A DNA stretch of 64,000 bases, from assembly GCA_963709185.1 (NCBI GenBank), contig CAVPVQ010000029.1, positions 1,122 through 65,121 on the forward strand. Direction: 5' to 3'. The position numbers and the translations under genes were made by a program. A model generated the notes under the pieces. The model made no database searches. It was not told where the DNA came from and worked only from the letters and a program-made list of their open reading frames with translations. Positions 19,259 to 29,279 of this stretch are shown here, one piece after another. Source of the stretch: an uncultured Alphaproteobacteria bacterium (lineage in GTDB: Bacteria > Pseudomonadota > Alphaproteobacteria > Rhizobiales > Beijerinckiaceae). Each line of letters starts with the position of its first letter. The stretch's first letter is position 1.

Positions 19259-19630
19259 CGGCGCGGCGGCTGCGATGCGTGAGGGACGTTTCTCGCGAAA
19301 TCTCGAAACATCCAGCGAGCAACGCGCTCCACTTCGAAGCGGCCGGCCAGGACGAGGGCTGTCACGTGCAGCTTGCAGATGCGGTGGCCGATGATTTAGC
19401 CGGTCGAAGGTGGTCCATCGTTTCGCATGGCGGAGCGTTTTTCATCCTCGAAGGTTTGTCAACGATCGCCCTCCGGGCGACCGCCGCAGGCGGCGCGCTA
19501 TGCGCGTCGTTGACTAACCTTCGAGGATGAAAACAATGGCCTTCAGGCGAACGATGGCTCAATCGCGAAGCTTGCGGGCAATCGACGCGCGATTCAACGC
19601 TGTTGCATCACGCTCCGACGGAGAAGTCTC

Positions 19631-19927
19631 GTGACCTCGGACTTGCCAATGCCTCACCCCGGAATCGTTCTGCGCGAGGAATTCATCGAGCCGATGGGTC
19701 TGTCAGTCTATGCGCTCGCCAAGGCGATCCATGTCACGCGAAGCCGGATCAATGAAATCTGCCACGGACGGCAAGGCATCAGCGCCAATATCGCGTTGCG
19801 ACTTGGCCGCTTCTTCGAGGTTGACCCGCAATGGTTCATGAACATGCAGGCCAAATATGATCTGCACGTCCAGGCGGCGCTGCTCGCCCGCGATCTCGCC
19901 TCGATTACGCCGCGCAGAGCGGCCTGA
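19631..19927 (+). CDS. higA: HigA-family antitoxin (HTH)
   Basis: HPGIVLREEF..LAKAI..RINEI..ALRLGRFF..WFMNMQ. Confidence 0.85.
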   Translation: MTSDLPMPHPGIVLREEFIEPMGLSVYALAKAIHVTRSRINEICHGRQGISANIALRLGRFFEVDPQWFMNMQAKYDLHVQAALLARDLASITPRRAA

Positions 19928-19952
19928 CGGCATCGGCCGGGATCAACCCATC

Positions 19953-21086
19953 TCAGTCGATGCGGGCGACCACCGCCAGGCGTTTCACCTGGCCGCTCTC
20001 GAACGCCCGCAGGAACGCCTGGTAGTCCTTGAACGACACGCAGCCGTTGGAATCGCCGTTGGGGCCGAGCATGTAGGTGTGGGCGAGGAAGCCGGCGCGG
20101 CCGAAAATGTCGCCGCCGCCGACCGGATCAAGGCGCAATGCCTGCACCCCGTGGAACAGTTCGTCCCGCGCCTTCAGCTCATAGAGATGGGGCGGCGTCG
20201 CCCCGCGATTTCGCTCGTTGACATGCGCCGGATCGTCCAGCCGGTCGCCGAGGCCCGAATGCGCCTCGAGGCGCGTCCCGTCGGGCAGATAGACGGTGTG
20301 CGCGGCGAGGTCGTAGACCGCGGTCCATCGATCGTAGCGGCCCGACGGGCCGGACACGTCGGCTTGCGCGCGCAGGGGGTTGCTGGTTCGCCGCGCGACG
20401 TCGCCCTCGGCGGAAGCATAGGCGAGCGCCGGGCCCGAGGGCTTGCCGAGGCCGAACAGTTTCTCGAAGACGTTGCGGTCGTCGGGCGGCGCGGCGGGGC
20501 CGCCCCTTCCGGCGCGCGCGACGCGGCGCAGGCTGATCGACGGCGCAGCCGGAGAGGCGACCACGGGCGGTGTGGCGACGGGTGGCGTCGCTGCGACGGG
20601 CAAGGCGGCGATGAGCGGGCGAGGCGGCGGCAGCGGCGCGGCTTCGTCGGCCGCGGAGGCGATCTCCTTGCGCGCCGGCGGAACCGCCCGCACGCCCGGG
20701 CCGGCGGCGGGAGGCTCGGCGGCCAAGAAGCGCTTCTCACCCGCGGCGAAACCGGGGTCGAGCAGGGCGCCATAGGAATCGGCCGGCTTCGGCGCTGCGG
20801 CAACGGCTACCGGGCGGGGCGTGGGGGCCGGATTGCGCGCCGCCCAGGACCCGCGGGCGAGCAAGGCGCCATAGGGGTTGGCCGCGATCCGCGATGGAGT
20901 TGCCGCGGGACGCGGCGCGGCCGCTATGACGCTGTGGGGCGCGGCGGCCGGGAGCCGGTGAACGATCCACGCGCCGGCCAGCGCCGCCAGCGCCAGGGTG
21001 AGGCCCCCGCGCACCAGAAAAGATGGGAAAACACGCGGGAACTCTGGGGAGTCGAACTCGCCCGACGCTACGAAAGTGTCTGCCAT
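19953..21086 (-). CDS. DUF2778 (Tlde1/L,D-transpeptidase-like) protein with N-terminal TM and Pro/Ala linker
   Basis: TAVYDLAAHTVYLPDGTRLEAHSGLG..RGATPP..LAHTYMLGPNGDSNGCVSF. Confidence 0.85.
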   Translation of the reverse strand: MADTFVASGEFDSPEFPRVFPSFLVRGGLTLALAALAGAWIVHRLPAAAPHSVIAAAPRPAATPSRIAANPYGALLARGSWAARNPAPTPRPVAVAAAPKPADSYGALLDPGFAAGEKRFLAAEPPAAGPGVRAVPPARKEIASAADEAAPLPPPRPLIAALPVAATPPVATPPVVASPAAPSISLRRVARAGRGGPAAPPDDRNVFEKLFGLGKPSGPALAYASAEGDVARRTSNPLRAQADVSGPSGRYDRWTAVYDLAAHTVYLPDGTRLEAHSGLGDRLDDPAHVNERNRGATPPHLYELKARDELFHGVQALRLDPVGGGDIFGRAGFLAHTYMLGPNGDSNGCVSFKDYQAFLRAFESGQVKRLAVVARID

Positions 21087-21455
21087 TCGCCCTGCTTTTA
21101 TCTCGCCTTTGATCTGATTTTGCAGTGCGCCGCTTTAGATTTCATTAACGCCGTAAACGACTTGGACCGTTCAGGCAACCGAAAAATCCCTGCCGCCGGA
21201 GCCGCGCCAGCCAGCGACCGCCCGCTTCGCGACCGCGCGGAGGGTCTGTTTTGGCCCGGATGCAGGGCGCGACCTTCAGCGAGCGACGCATCGATGGAGG
21301 GGCGAGGCAAGCGCGAACGCCAAGGGCGATTGGCTCGCGCCGCCGCCCGCCCCTCATCGCGAACGGCGGCTCCCGATCGCGAAGCATCTGACCGATGACC
21401 GCTTCGATGTATAAGAGCCGGTGATTCCATCCCCAGCTCGCGCAGAGGCGCCGCC

Positions 21456-21914
21456 ATGAAAGCCTTCCCCATCCGCCCATCGGTTGCTGCGCTCGGCGCG
21501 ATTCTGTTCAGCGCCAGCGCGCCTGGCGCCGCGTTCGGCGCCGGGGGCGAGGGGCAGGCGTTCAACCTGCATCCCGGCCAGGAGATGACCTTCGCCGTGA
21601 AAATCGCCGACGGCGCCGTCACGCTGGGGCCGCCGCGCGCGTCCAGGCTCGGCGCCGCGCAACCCGCAAAAGGCGAGATGACGGTCGGGCTCTCAAAACG
21701 CGACGAGACGCTCCACGAGCAGGTGATCGTCACCGAAAAGACCCCCGTCCCGATCGACTTCCTCGCCACCGCGATGGTCGGTGAGACCAAGATCGACGAA
21801 GCCGTGCTGTGCGGGCGCCTCGACGCGCCGTCCTCCGCCCATATCGGCGCCATCTCCTGGCGCGTCAGCCTGCACGCCTTCGAGGCGCGGAAGGAAGGGG
21901 CGACCTGCGAGTGA
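21456..21914 (+). CDS. Hypothetical secreted beta-rich protein
   Basis: GAGG RBS, signal peptide, host-like codon usage, two Cys. Confidence 0.6.
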   Translation: MKAFPIRPSVAALGAILFSASAPGAAFGAGGEGQAFNLHPGQEMTFAVKIADGAVTLGPPRASRLGAAQPAKGEMTVGLSKRDETLHEQVIVTEKTPVPIDFLATAMVGETKIDEAVLCGRLDAPSSAHIGAISWRVSLHAFEARKEGATCE

Positions 21915-21958
21915 AAGCGGGCGCGGCGAATCGTCATGGCGAGGGCGCGGCGCAGCCT

Positions 21959-22014
21959 GCGGACGAATGCTGCGCATTCGCCTTGAGCGGACGAATGCTG
22001 CGCATTCGCCTTGA
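21959..22014. repeat. Exact 28-bp tandem duplication GCGGACGAATGCTGCGCATTCGCCTTGA
   Basis: Two adjacent identical copies, each with a CGAATGC-tgc-GCATTCG hairpin; preceded at 21932 by the same CGTCATGGCGAGGG start as the REP-like units. Confidence 0.9.
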
Positions 22015-22354
22015 CTTGACGGCGGCCCGGCGGCGCGGCCGGGACCACGAGATCGCGCATTGCGCATCACGCCCCGTGACCCCGGCATTCCGTCCACTGC
22101 GCGGGCGTTTTCAAAGGCTTGCGATGCGAATTTGTCCCTCGCCGGGCGCTTCGACGTCGCGCGCCGGCGGCTTTTCGCGCGGGGTTTCGGCGGGGGATCG
22201 AGTGGCCTTGGGCTCGGTCAATGGCGGCTCGGGAATGGCGGGCGGCGGGTTCGCGCACTTGTCTGAAACCATAGCACATATTCTGCTTTACAGAAAGCAC
22301 TTGTCGCAGAAACGCCGGCGTGCGGGGCGGCAGGGGACGACCGTCGAACGACGA

Positions 22355-22798
22355 ACCGTCATGGCGAGGGAGCGAAGCGACGAAGCCATCCAGACGAAGG
22401 CCGATCCACCCCCCAGTCTGGATCGCTTCGTCGCTGACGCTCCCTCGCGATGACGGCGGCGCGCAAGGGCGAAGGACGGCTCCATGCCATCGCCGTGCTC
22501 GCGGTCAAGTCGACCGCTGCGCGGGCGCGCGCGGCTCGCTGGCTCCCCCGAGCGATGGCCCTTTCGCCGGCGCAAACAGGGAAGCGCTGACCGTCATGGC
22601 GAGGGAGCGAAGCGACGAAGCCATCCAGACGAAGGCCGATCCACCCCCCAGTCTGGATCGCTTCGTCGCTGACGCTCCCTCGCGATGACGGCGGCGCGCA
22701 AGGGCGAAGGACGGCTCCATGCCATCGCCGTGCTCGCGGTCAAGTCAACCGCTGCGCGGGCGCGCGCGGCTCGATGGCTCCCCCGAGCGATGGCCCTT
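22355..22798. repeat. Two near-identical 209-bp units (period 235) each containing a ~100-bp REP-like palindrome
   Basis: Copies 22355-22563 and 22590-22798; hairpin CCGTCATGGCGAGGGAGCGAAGCGACGAAGCCATCCAGAC...GTCTGGATCGCTTCGTCGCTGACGCTCCCTCGCGATGACGG at 22356-22456 and 22591-22691. Confidence 0.92.
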
Positions 22799-22807
22799 GG
22801 CCATCAC

Positions 22808-22859
22808 GTTCTTTTGCTGAGCGAAAGCGGCGGTCGGCCGCCTCGCTCAGCAAAAGAAC
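22808..22859. repeat. Perfect 17-bp inverted repeat GTTCTTTTGCTGAGCGA...TCGCTCAGCAAAAGAAC
   Basis: Arms 22808-22824 and 22843-22859 with an inner GCGGC/GCCGC stem. Confidence 0.85.
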
Positions 22860-22879
22860 ACGGATGTGAAAACGTCGCG

Positions 22880-22954
22880 CCGCCGAGCCGCGGTCACCCG
22901 CAGGGCCGTAACGAAGTGAAGGAGCGGCGCAGCCGCTTGACAGCGGCTCGGTGG
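22880..22954. repeat. Nested palindromic extragenic element
   Basis: CCGCCGAGCCGC / GCGGCTCGGTGG outer arms with an inner AGCGGC-gca-GCCGCT stem. Confidence 0.6.
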
Positions 22955-23021
22955 GGCGGCGCCAGCAACGAGGCTACGACGTTGCCACGCCAGGCGCCAA
23001 ACAGTCCTCCCTGCCTCAATC

Positions 23022-23225
23022 CTACCTACTGCGTTTGAGTAGTTCGTCAAGAGAATCGACGCCCTCCTTCTTGAGAACGGTGCCCAGTTGAGTGTCGGGT
23101 CGATAGCCCTTAGCGAAACTTGGTCCGTACTCCTCTCGGAGAGTGCGGACCAGAGTGTTGCTATTTTTGCGCCGAATTTCTCCACCGTGATCCCGATGCC
23201 GATGATCTAGTCCCGGCTGCTTCAT
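23022..23225 (-). CDS. Small conserved-type hypothetical protein, 67 aa (MKQPGLDHRHRD..)
   Basis: GLDxRHRDxxGEIxRKxxNTLVxTLR motif that I recognise from rhizobial small proteins; own purine-rich RBS; in frame with the upstream DUF2442 ORF. Confidence 0.7.
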   Translation of the reverse strand: MKQPGLDHRHRDHGGEIRRKNSNTLVRTLREEYGPSFAKGYRPDTQLGTVLKKEGVDSLDELLKRSR

Positions 23226-23582
23226 ATCCCGTCCCCCGCTTTCCACCGCAGATGACTGATGTCGACCGACGCCTCCAATTCTGGGAATGCGATCACCCTC
23301 TGCCTCACGCCCCGATGCCGTGATGATCTTGAAGCGGACCGCTGATCTCGCATCCGTCGTTTGATCACAGCGCTCCGCCAGCAGGCCGGCGATCGAAATG
23401 TCCTCGTCGATCTCAGCCCAATGCAGACCGAAGCGGCCGATCTCGAAATTCTCGCGCTGACTCTTTGTCGCGTTGAACAGACGTGGATACCACGCGAACG
23501 GCACGCCGATCGTCCGCCCGTCGGACAGTTCGACCCACATCGAGTGCTCGTCGAACTTGACGCCTGTGGCCGAAATGGTCAT
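23022..23582 (-). CDS. DUF2442 putative antitoxin; reads through without a stop into the small protein
   Basis: MTISATGVKFDEHSMWVELSDGRTIGVPFAWYPRL..GLHWAEIDEDISIAGLL domain occupies about 23350-23582. Confidence 0.75.
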   Translation of the reverse strand: MTISATGVKFDEHSMWVELSDGRTIGVPFAWYPRLFNATKSQRENFEIGRFGLHWAEIDEDISIAGLLAERCDQTTDARSAVRFKIITASGREAEGDRIPRIGGVGRHQSSAVESGGRDMKQPGLDHRHRDHGGEIRRKNSNTLVRTLREEYGPSFAKGYRPDTQLGTVLKKEGVDSLDELLKRSR

Positions 23583-23808
23583 TCCACGCTCTTTCAATTT
23601 GAGCACGCTCCCGACGCACCAACCTCAGAAGTGCGTTCAGCTCAGGAGCATTGAACCCGAAACTGTCGGCGACAGCAACTTCGGGCTCCAGCCAGAATTT
23701 CGCTTCATCGCCACCTTTGCGCGCATGGACATGTATCGGCTCTTTCGGATCGCCTTCGTCCGAGAAGAAGAAAAATCTGTAGCCGTCACGACGAAATACT
23801 GTCGGCAT
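23413..23808 (-). CDS. DUF4160 putative toxin of the DUF4160/DUF2442 pair
   Basis: MPTVFRRDGYRFFFFS.E..EPIHVH..AKFWLEP..WNDHFG; overlaps the DUF2442 start and has about a 50-aa extension. Confidence 0.8.
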   Translation of the reverse strand: MPTVFRRDGYRFFFFSDEGDPKEPIHVHARKGGDEAKFWLEPEVAVADSFGFNAPELNALLRLVRRERAQIERAWNDHFGHRRQVRRALDVGRTVRRADDRRAVRVVSTSVQRDKESAREFRDRPLRSALG

Positions 23809-23839
23809 GACCGCTCACCTCAGAAACCTCAAAATCGAA

Positions 23840-26800
23840 TTACGAACACCCCGTCGTCCCCCCACAAGTCTCGCACTTCAAACACGTCCCGTTGCGCACC
23901 ATCGTGAAGTTCCCGCACTCGGGGCAGGCTTCGCCGACGTAGCCTTTCATGCGCGCCTCGGTCCGCTTCTCGGCGGCGCTGGCGTTGGGCGCGGAGAACT
24001 CGAGGCGAAGATCGCTTCTGCCGACCTCGACCGCCTCCTGCGCGAACTCCGCCAGATCGCCCTTCAGCGCGGTCGCCCCCTGCGTCGCATAGCCATAGGC
24101 CCCCGCCCCGCCCTGCCCGTGCGCGAGCGAGCCTTCGCCGCCGGCGCCGCCCTGCACCAGCATCAATTTGTCGGTCTTCGAGCGCACCAGGCCCTTCGAG
24201 ACCACCGAGCTGCGCAAAGCCTCGGCGCCGGCCGGCGACTTGCCCTGGTCGACGCCGCCGCCGAGCGCGTCATGGGTCAGGTCCTCGGGCGCGACATGGG
24301 CGAGGTCGTTGCGGCCGAGATAGGAGATCGCCAGTTCGCGGAACACGTAGTCGACGATCGACGTCGCGCTCTTGATCGCGTCATTGCCCTGCACCAGGCC
24401 GGCCGGCTCGAAGCGCGTGAAGGTGAAGGCGTCGACATATTCCTCGAGCGGCACGCCGTATTGCAGGCCGAGCGAAATGGCGATCGCGAAATTGTTCATC
24501 AGCGAGCGGAAGGCGGCGCCTTCCTTGTGCATGTCGATGAAGATTTCGCCGATCCGCCCGTCCTGGTATTCGCCGGTGCGCAGATAGACCTTGTGGCCGC
24601 CGACCACCGCCTTCTGCGTATAGCCCTTGCGGCGGTCGGGCAGCCGCTCGCGCTCGCGCTGGCGCTCGACCCGTTCGATCACCCGCTCGACGATCCGCTC
24701 GGCGACCATCGCGGCGCGGGCCGGCGTGTTGGCGGCGACGATCGCCTCGACCGCGTCGATCTCGTCGTCCTCGGCGCTTTCGAGCAACTGCGAATTCAAC
24801 GGCTGCGAAAGCTTCGAGCCGTCGCGATAGAGCGCGTTGGCCTTCAGGCCGAGTCGCCAGGACAGCATATAGGCGTCCTTGCAATCCTCGACGCTGGCGT
24901 CGTTGGGCATGTTGATGGTCTTGGAGATCGCCCCCGAAATGAACGGCTGCGCCGCCGCCATCATGCGGATATGGCTGTCGACCGAGAGATAGCGCTTGCC
25001 GGTGCGCCCGCACGGATTGGCGCAATCGAACACCGCGTAATGCGCGACCTTGAGATGCGGCGCGCCTTCCAGCGTCATCGCGCCGCAGACATGCACGTTG
25101 GCCGCCTCGATCTCCTGTTTGGTGAAGCCGATCTGGGCGAGCAGGTCGAAGCCCGGCTCCTCGATTCGCTCGGCCGGGATTTTCAGCGTCCCGGTGAGGA
25201 AGTCGGCGCCGAGCGTCCATTTGTTGAAGATGAAGCGGATGTCGAACGCGCCGGCCAGCGCCGCGTCGACCTTGGCGAGCGCCGTCGAATCGAAGCCCCT
25301 GGCGCGCAGGCTGGCATGGTTGATGCCCGGCGACTGGCCGAGCGAGGCGTGGCCGACCGCGTAAGCTTCGATCTCGCCGATCTCGGCTTCGCGATAGCCG
25401 AGCGCGCGCAGGGCTTCCGGCACGGCGCGGTTGATGATCTTGAAATAGCCGCCGCCCGCCAGCTTCTTGAACTTCACCAGCGCGAAATCCGGCTCGATGC
25501 CGGTGGTGTCGCAATCCATCACCAGGCCGATCGTGCCGGTCGGGGCGACCACCGACACCTGCGCGTTGCGGAAGCCGTGCTGCGCGCCGCCGTTCAGCGC
25601 CTCGCGCCAGACGCGGCGCGCCGCCTCGGACAGGCCGGCCCATGCGGCGCCCGCCTTGTCCAGCGAGGCGTGGTCGAGCGGGGTCGGCGCCACCGCCAGC
25701 TTCTCGTAGCCGTCGGCCTCGCCGTCGGCGGCGCGCGCGTGGTTGCGGATGACCCGCAGCATCGCGGCGGCGTTGGCGGGATGGCCGGGGAACGCGCCGA
25801 GGCTGGCGGCCATTTCGGCCGAGGCGGCGTAGGCGCCCCGGTCATGATCGCGCTCAAGGCGCCGCAGATCGCCCGGCCCTCGTCGCTGTCATAGGCGATG
25901 CCGCAGGACATCAGGAGGCCGCCGATATTGGCGAAGCCGAGGCCGAGCGTGCGGTAGTCATAGGAATTGCGCGCGATCTCCTTGGAGGGAAACTGCGCCA
26001 TCGTCACCGAGATTTCGAGCACGATCGTCCACAGCCGCACCGCGTGCTCGTAAGAATCGACGTCGAACACGCGGGTCTCGGGGTCGCGGAACTGCAGCAG
26101 GTTCAGCGAAGCCAGATTGCACGCGGTGTCGTCGAGGAACATGTATTCCGAGCACGGATTGCTCGCGCGGATCGGCCCGGAGGCCGGGCAGGTGTGCCAG
26201 TCGTTGATCGTGGTGTGGTACTGCAGGCCGGGATCGGCCGAGGCCCAGGCGGCGTAGCCGATCTTCTCCCACAAGTCGCGCGCCTTCAGCGTCTTGTGGA
26301 CCTTGCCGTCGAGCCGGCGCGTCAGGCTCCAGTCGCCGTCGTTCTCCACCGCCTGCAGGAAGCCGTCGGTGACGCGCACCGAATTGTTGGAGTTCTGGCC
26401 GGACACCGTGAGATAGGCTTCCGAATCCCAGTCGGTGTCGTAGGTGTCGAAGTCGAATTCCGTTTTGCCCTGCCGCGCGAACTGGATGATCCGGTTGATC
26501 ATGCCGTCCGGCACGTCGTTGCGGCGCGCCAGCTTGGCCTCGCGCTTCAGCGCCGGGTTCTTCTCGATGTTGAAGCAATCGTCGCCCGAGCCCTGGCAAT
26601 TGACGCAGGCCTTGAGGATCGCCTTGAGGTGGCGCTTGACGACTTTCGAGCCGGCGACCAGCGCCGCGACCTTCTGCTCCTCCTTGACCTTCCAGTCGAT
26701 GTAGGCCTCGATATCGGGGTGGTCGACGTCGACCACCACCATCTTGGCGGCTCTTCGCGTCGTGCCGCCCGACTTGATCGCCCCCGCCGCGCGATCGCCG

Positions 26801-27580
26801 ATCTTCAGGAACGACATCAGGCCGCTGGAGCGCCCGCCGCCCGACAGCTTCTCGTTCTCGCCGCGCAAGGCCGAGAAATTGGAGCCGGTGCCCGATCCGT
26901 ATTTGAACAGCCGCGCCTCGCGCACCCACAGGTCCATGATGCCGCCGTCGTTGACGAGGTCGTCGGCGACCGACTGGATGAAGCAGGCGTGCGGCTGCGG
27001 ATGCTCGTAGGCCGTCCGCGATTTGGTCAGCTTGCCGGTCTCGAAGTCGACGTAATAATGGCCCTGGCTGGGCCCATCGACGCCATAGGCCCAGTGCAGG
27101 CCGGTGTTGAACCATTGCGGCGAATTGGGCGCGGCCATCTGCCGCGCCAGCATGAAGCGCATTTCGTCGAAGAACGCGCGCGCGTCTTCCTCGCGCGCTG
27201 AAATATCCGCCCTTCCAGCCCCAATAGGTCCAGGCCCCGGCGAGCCGGTCGAACACCTGCCTGGCTGATGTCTCCGGGCCGGCGCGTTCGGCCTTGGGCA
27301 GCGATTCGAGCGCCGCCTCGTCGGGAACCGAGCGCCACAGGAACGACGGCACGGCGTTCTCCTCGACGCGCTTCAGGCGCGCCGGGATTCCCGCCTTGCG
27401 GAAATATTTCTGGGCGAGCACGTCGGCCGCCACCTGGCTCCAGCCGGCGGGAACCTCGATATTGTCGAGCGCGAACACCACCGAGCCGTCGGGATTGCGG
27501 ATCTCGCTCTTCGTCGTATGAAATTCGATCAAGGCGTAAGGGGAAACGTCAGCCTTGGTGTATCGCCGCTCGATCCGCAT
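23840..27580 (-). CDS. nrdJ: Adenosylcobalamin-dependent class II ribonucleotide reductase; two 1-nt frameshifts (about 27195 and 25838)
   Basis: MRIERRYT start; [54 protein letters not shown]-terminal [13 protein letters not shown]. The three reading frames join into one canonical protein. Confidence 0.93.
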
Positions 27581-27819
27581 TTTCTCGTTCCCATTTTGGC
27601 GGACGCACGTCCGCTCCGACCGCGACGCGGCCCCCCGGTTTTGAATCGTCCACTGTCTGAAACGCCCAAGCCGTTGAAGGCGTTGGAGACCTGACGCGCG
27701 GCTCTCCGCCAACCCCCGCGGATCGCCCCGCAACCACCAGACACCACAGCCCGCCAGCGCCAGGAACACTACGCTTTTATGACGAAAACGTCAACAGTTT
27801 GTGCCAAACATTCCGGCGG

Positions 27820-27835
27820 ACACAACATATTGTGG
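27820..27835. promoter_or_regulatory. NrdR box ACACAACATATTGTGG
   Basis: Near-palindrome matching the acaCwAyATrTwGtg consensus, about 240 nt upstream of nrdJ. Confidence 0.75.
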
Positions 27836-28065
27836 ATCAAAAATGTATAACGTTAGGTAAACGGCCGGACCTCTTGACAGCATCGACCGAGTCGGGCGGC
27901 CGACGCAAGACACAATTTCGCCGCCATCGCGCCGCCGGTTGTTTGCCGCGCCGCACGGCCCATTGCGCGCTGGACAGGCCTCACGCGCCTCGTCATAGTC
28001 CGCCGCGAAAACGCGGAGTCGATCCGCCCCGTTCGCCTCCCCCGCGACCGGTCCGGAGTCAACGT

Positions 28066-28476
28066 ATGAAACTCTTTCTGTTGCGGTTCTTCACGTGGTG
28101 GAACGGCGCGACGCTCAACACGCTGTTCTACACAAGCCGGCGCGGCGAACTCGTCGGCCATGACGAATTCGGCAACCAATATTACCAGACGCGCGGCGCC
28201 GCGATCGATCCGGCCCTCGGATTCGTGCGGCGCTGGGTGATCTACAACGGCGTGGCGGAAGCCTCGATGACGCCGCCGGGCTGGAACGGCTGGCTGCATC
28301 ACACCGTCGACACGCCGCCGACCAAAGAGGATTATCGCCCCCGCGAATGGGAGCGCCCGCACGTCGGCAACCTCACCGGCACCCCCTTCGCCTACCGCCC
28401 CGCCGGCTCGACGATGAGCTCCGGCCGCCGCCAGCCGGCCGAGGGCGATTATGAGGCGTGGTCGCCGGAGGGCTGA
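28066..28476 (+). CDS. NADH:ubiquinone oxidoreductase NDUFA12 (17.2 kDa) family protein
   Basis: FTWWNG..G.DEFGNQYY..RRWVIYNG.AEAS..PPGWNGWLH..W.P; GGAG RBS. Confidence 0.9.
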   Translation: MKLFLLRFFTWWNGATLNTLFYTSRRGELVGHDEFGNQYYQTRGAAIDPALGFVRRWVIYNGVAEASMTPPGWNGWLHHTVDTPPTKEDYRPREWERPHVGNLTGTPFAYRPAGSTMSSGRRQPAEGDYEAWSPEG

Positions 28477-28584
28477 GGGAGCCGCCGCGCTCGCCGGGCG
28501 GCGCCTTCATTTGGCCCCGCTTTGTCGCAAGACAAGCGCATGTTATGGGCGCGGGGTCTGGTGGCGGCGGGTCCGAATCGAACG

Positions 28585-29253
28585 ATGAACGCGAAAACGC
28601 GCGGCCGCGCCGCTTCAACCGCCCTCGGCGCCCTGCTCGTCGCGGCCCCGTTCGCCGCCGGCCCCGCCTCGGCCGACCGGATCAGCCACCCCACCGCCAT
28701 TTTCGCCGGTCTCGACAAGATCACCGGCCGCATCATCGCGTTCGAAGCGGGGATCGACGAAACGGTGCAATTCGGTTCGCTGCTGGTCACGCCGCGCATC
28801 TGCTACACAAGGCCGCCGACCGAGGCGCCGCGGACCGACGGCTTCGTGGAAGTCGATGAGATCACCGAAAAGAAGACTTACAATCGCATCTTCACCGGCT
28901 GGATGTTCGCCGCCAGCCCCGGCCTGCACGGCGTCGAGCATCCGGTCTACGACATCTGGCTGACCGACTGCAAAGGCGGAACCCAGATCCTGCCCTCGCC
29001 GCCCGAGCAAGTGGAGGCCCCCGACATCGGACCGCCCGACGTCGCCCCGGCGGTCGCGCCGACCGATCCCAAACTCGCAGCCCCGCCCAAGAAGCGCAAA
29101 CCGCCGAAGCCGGCCGAGGCCAGCGCGCCGGGCCCGCTCGACCTCGACGCCGGGCCCTCGGCGGCGACGCCGCCCTCGCAGCGCGGAGGAATCATCCGGC
29201 GGTTCTTCCCGACCGATTCGCCGCCGGTTCCCCCCGGCAACGTCGGCCAATAG
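28585..29253 (+). CDS. DUF2155-domain secreted protein
   Basis: FAGLDKITGRI..FGSL.VTPRICY..IFTGWMFAASPGL..EHPVYDIWLTDC; Pro-rich tail. Confidence 0.9.
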   Translation: MNAKTRGRAASTALGALLVAAPFAAGPASADRISHPTAIFAGLDKITGRIIAFEAGIDETVQFGSLLVTPRICYTRPPTEAPRTDGFVEVDEITEKKTYNRIFTGWMFAASPGLHGVEHPVYDIWLTDCKGGTQILPSPPEQVEAPDIGPPDVAPAVAPTDPKLAAPPKKRKPPKPAEASAPGPLDLDAGPSAATPPSQRGGIIRRFFPTDSPPVPPGNVGQ

Positions 29254-29279
29254 ACGCCGGGCGAACGCCGCACCCCGGC

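Noticed and set aside
19279-19530. higB toxin CDS
   Set aside because: Only a few residues resemble RelE/HigB; length, spacing and position do not fit.
22355-22798. CRISPR array
   Set aside because: Only two units; the sequence after each palindrome is itself duplicated rather than a unique spacer; units are far too long; no cas genes.
23840-27580. nrdJ as a true pseudogene
   Set aside because: All catalytic motifs and the NrdR box are intact; two 1-nt indels fit the window-wide error pattern.
27581-27800. Cobalamin riboswitch upstream of nrdJ
   Set aside because: No B12-box or conserved GGGAA/GCCACTG elements visible; an NrdR box explains the regulation.
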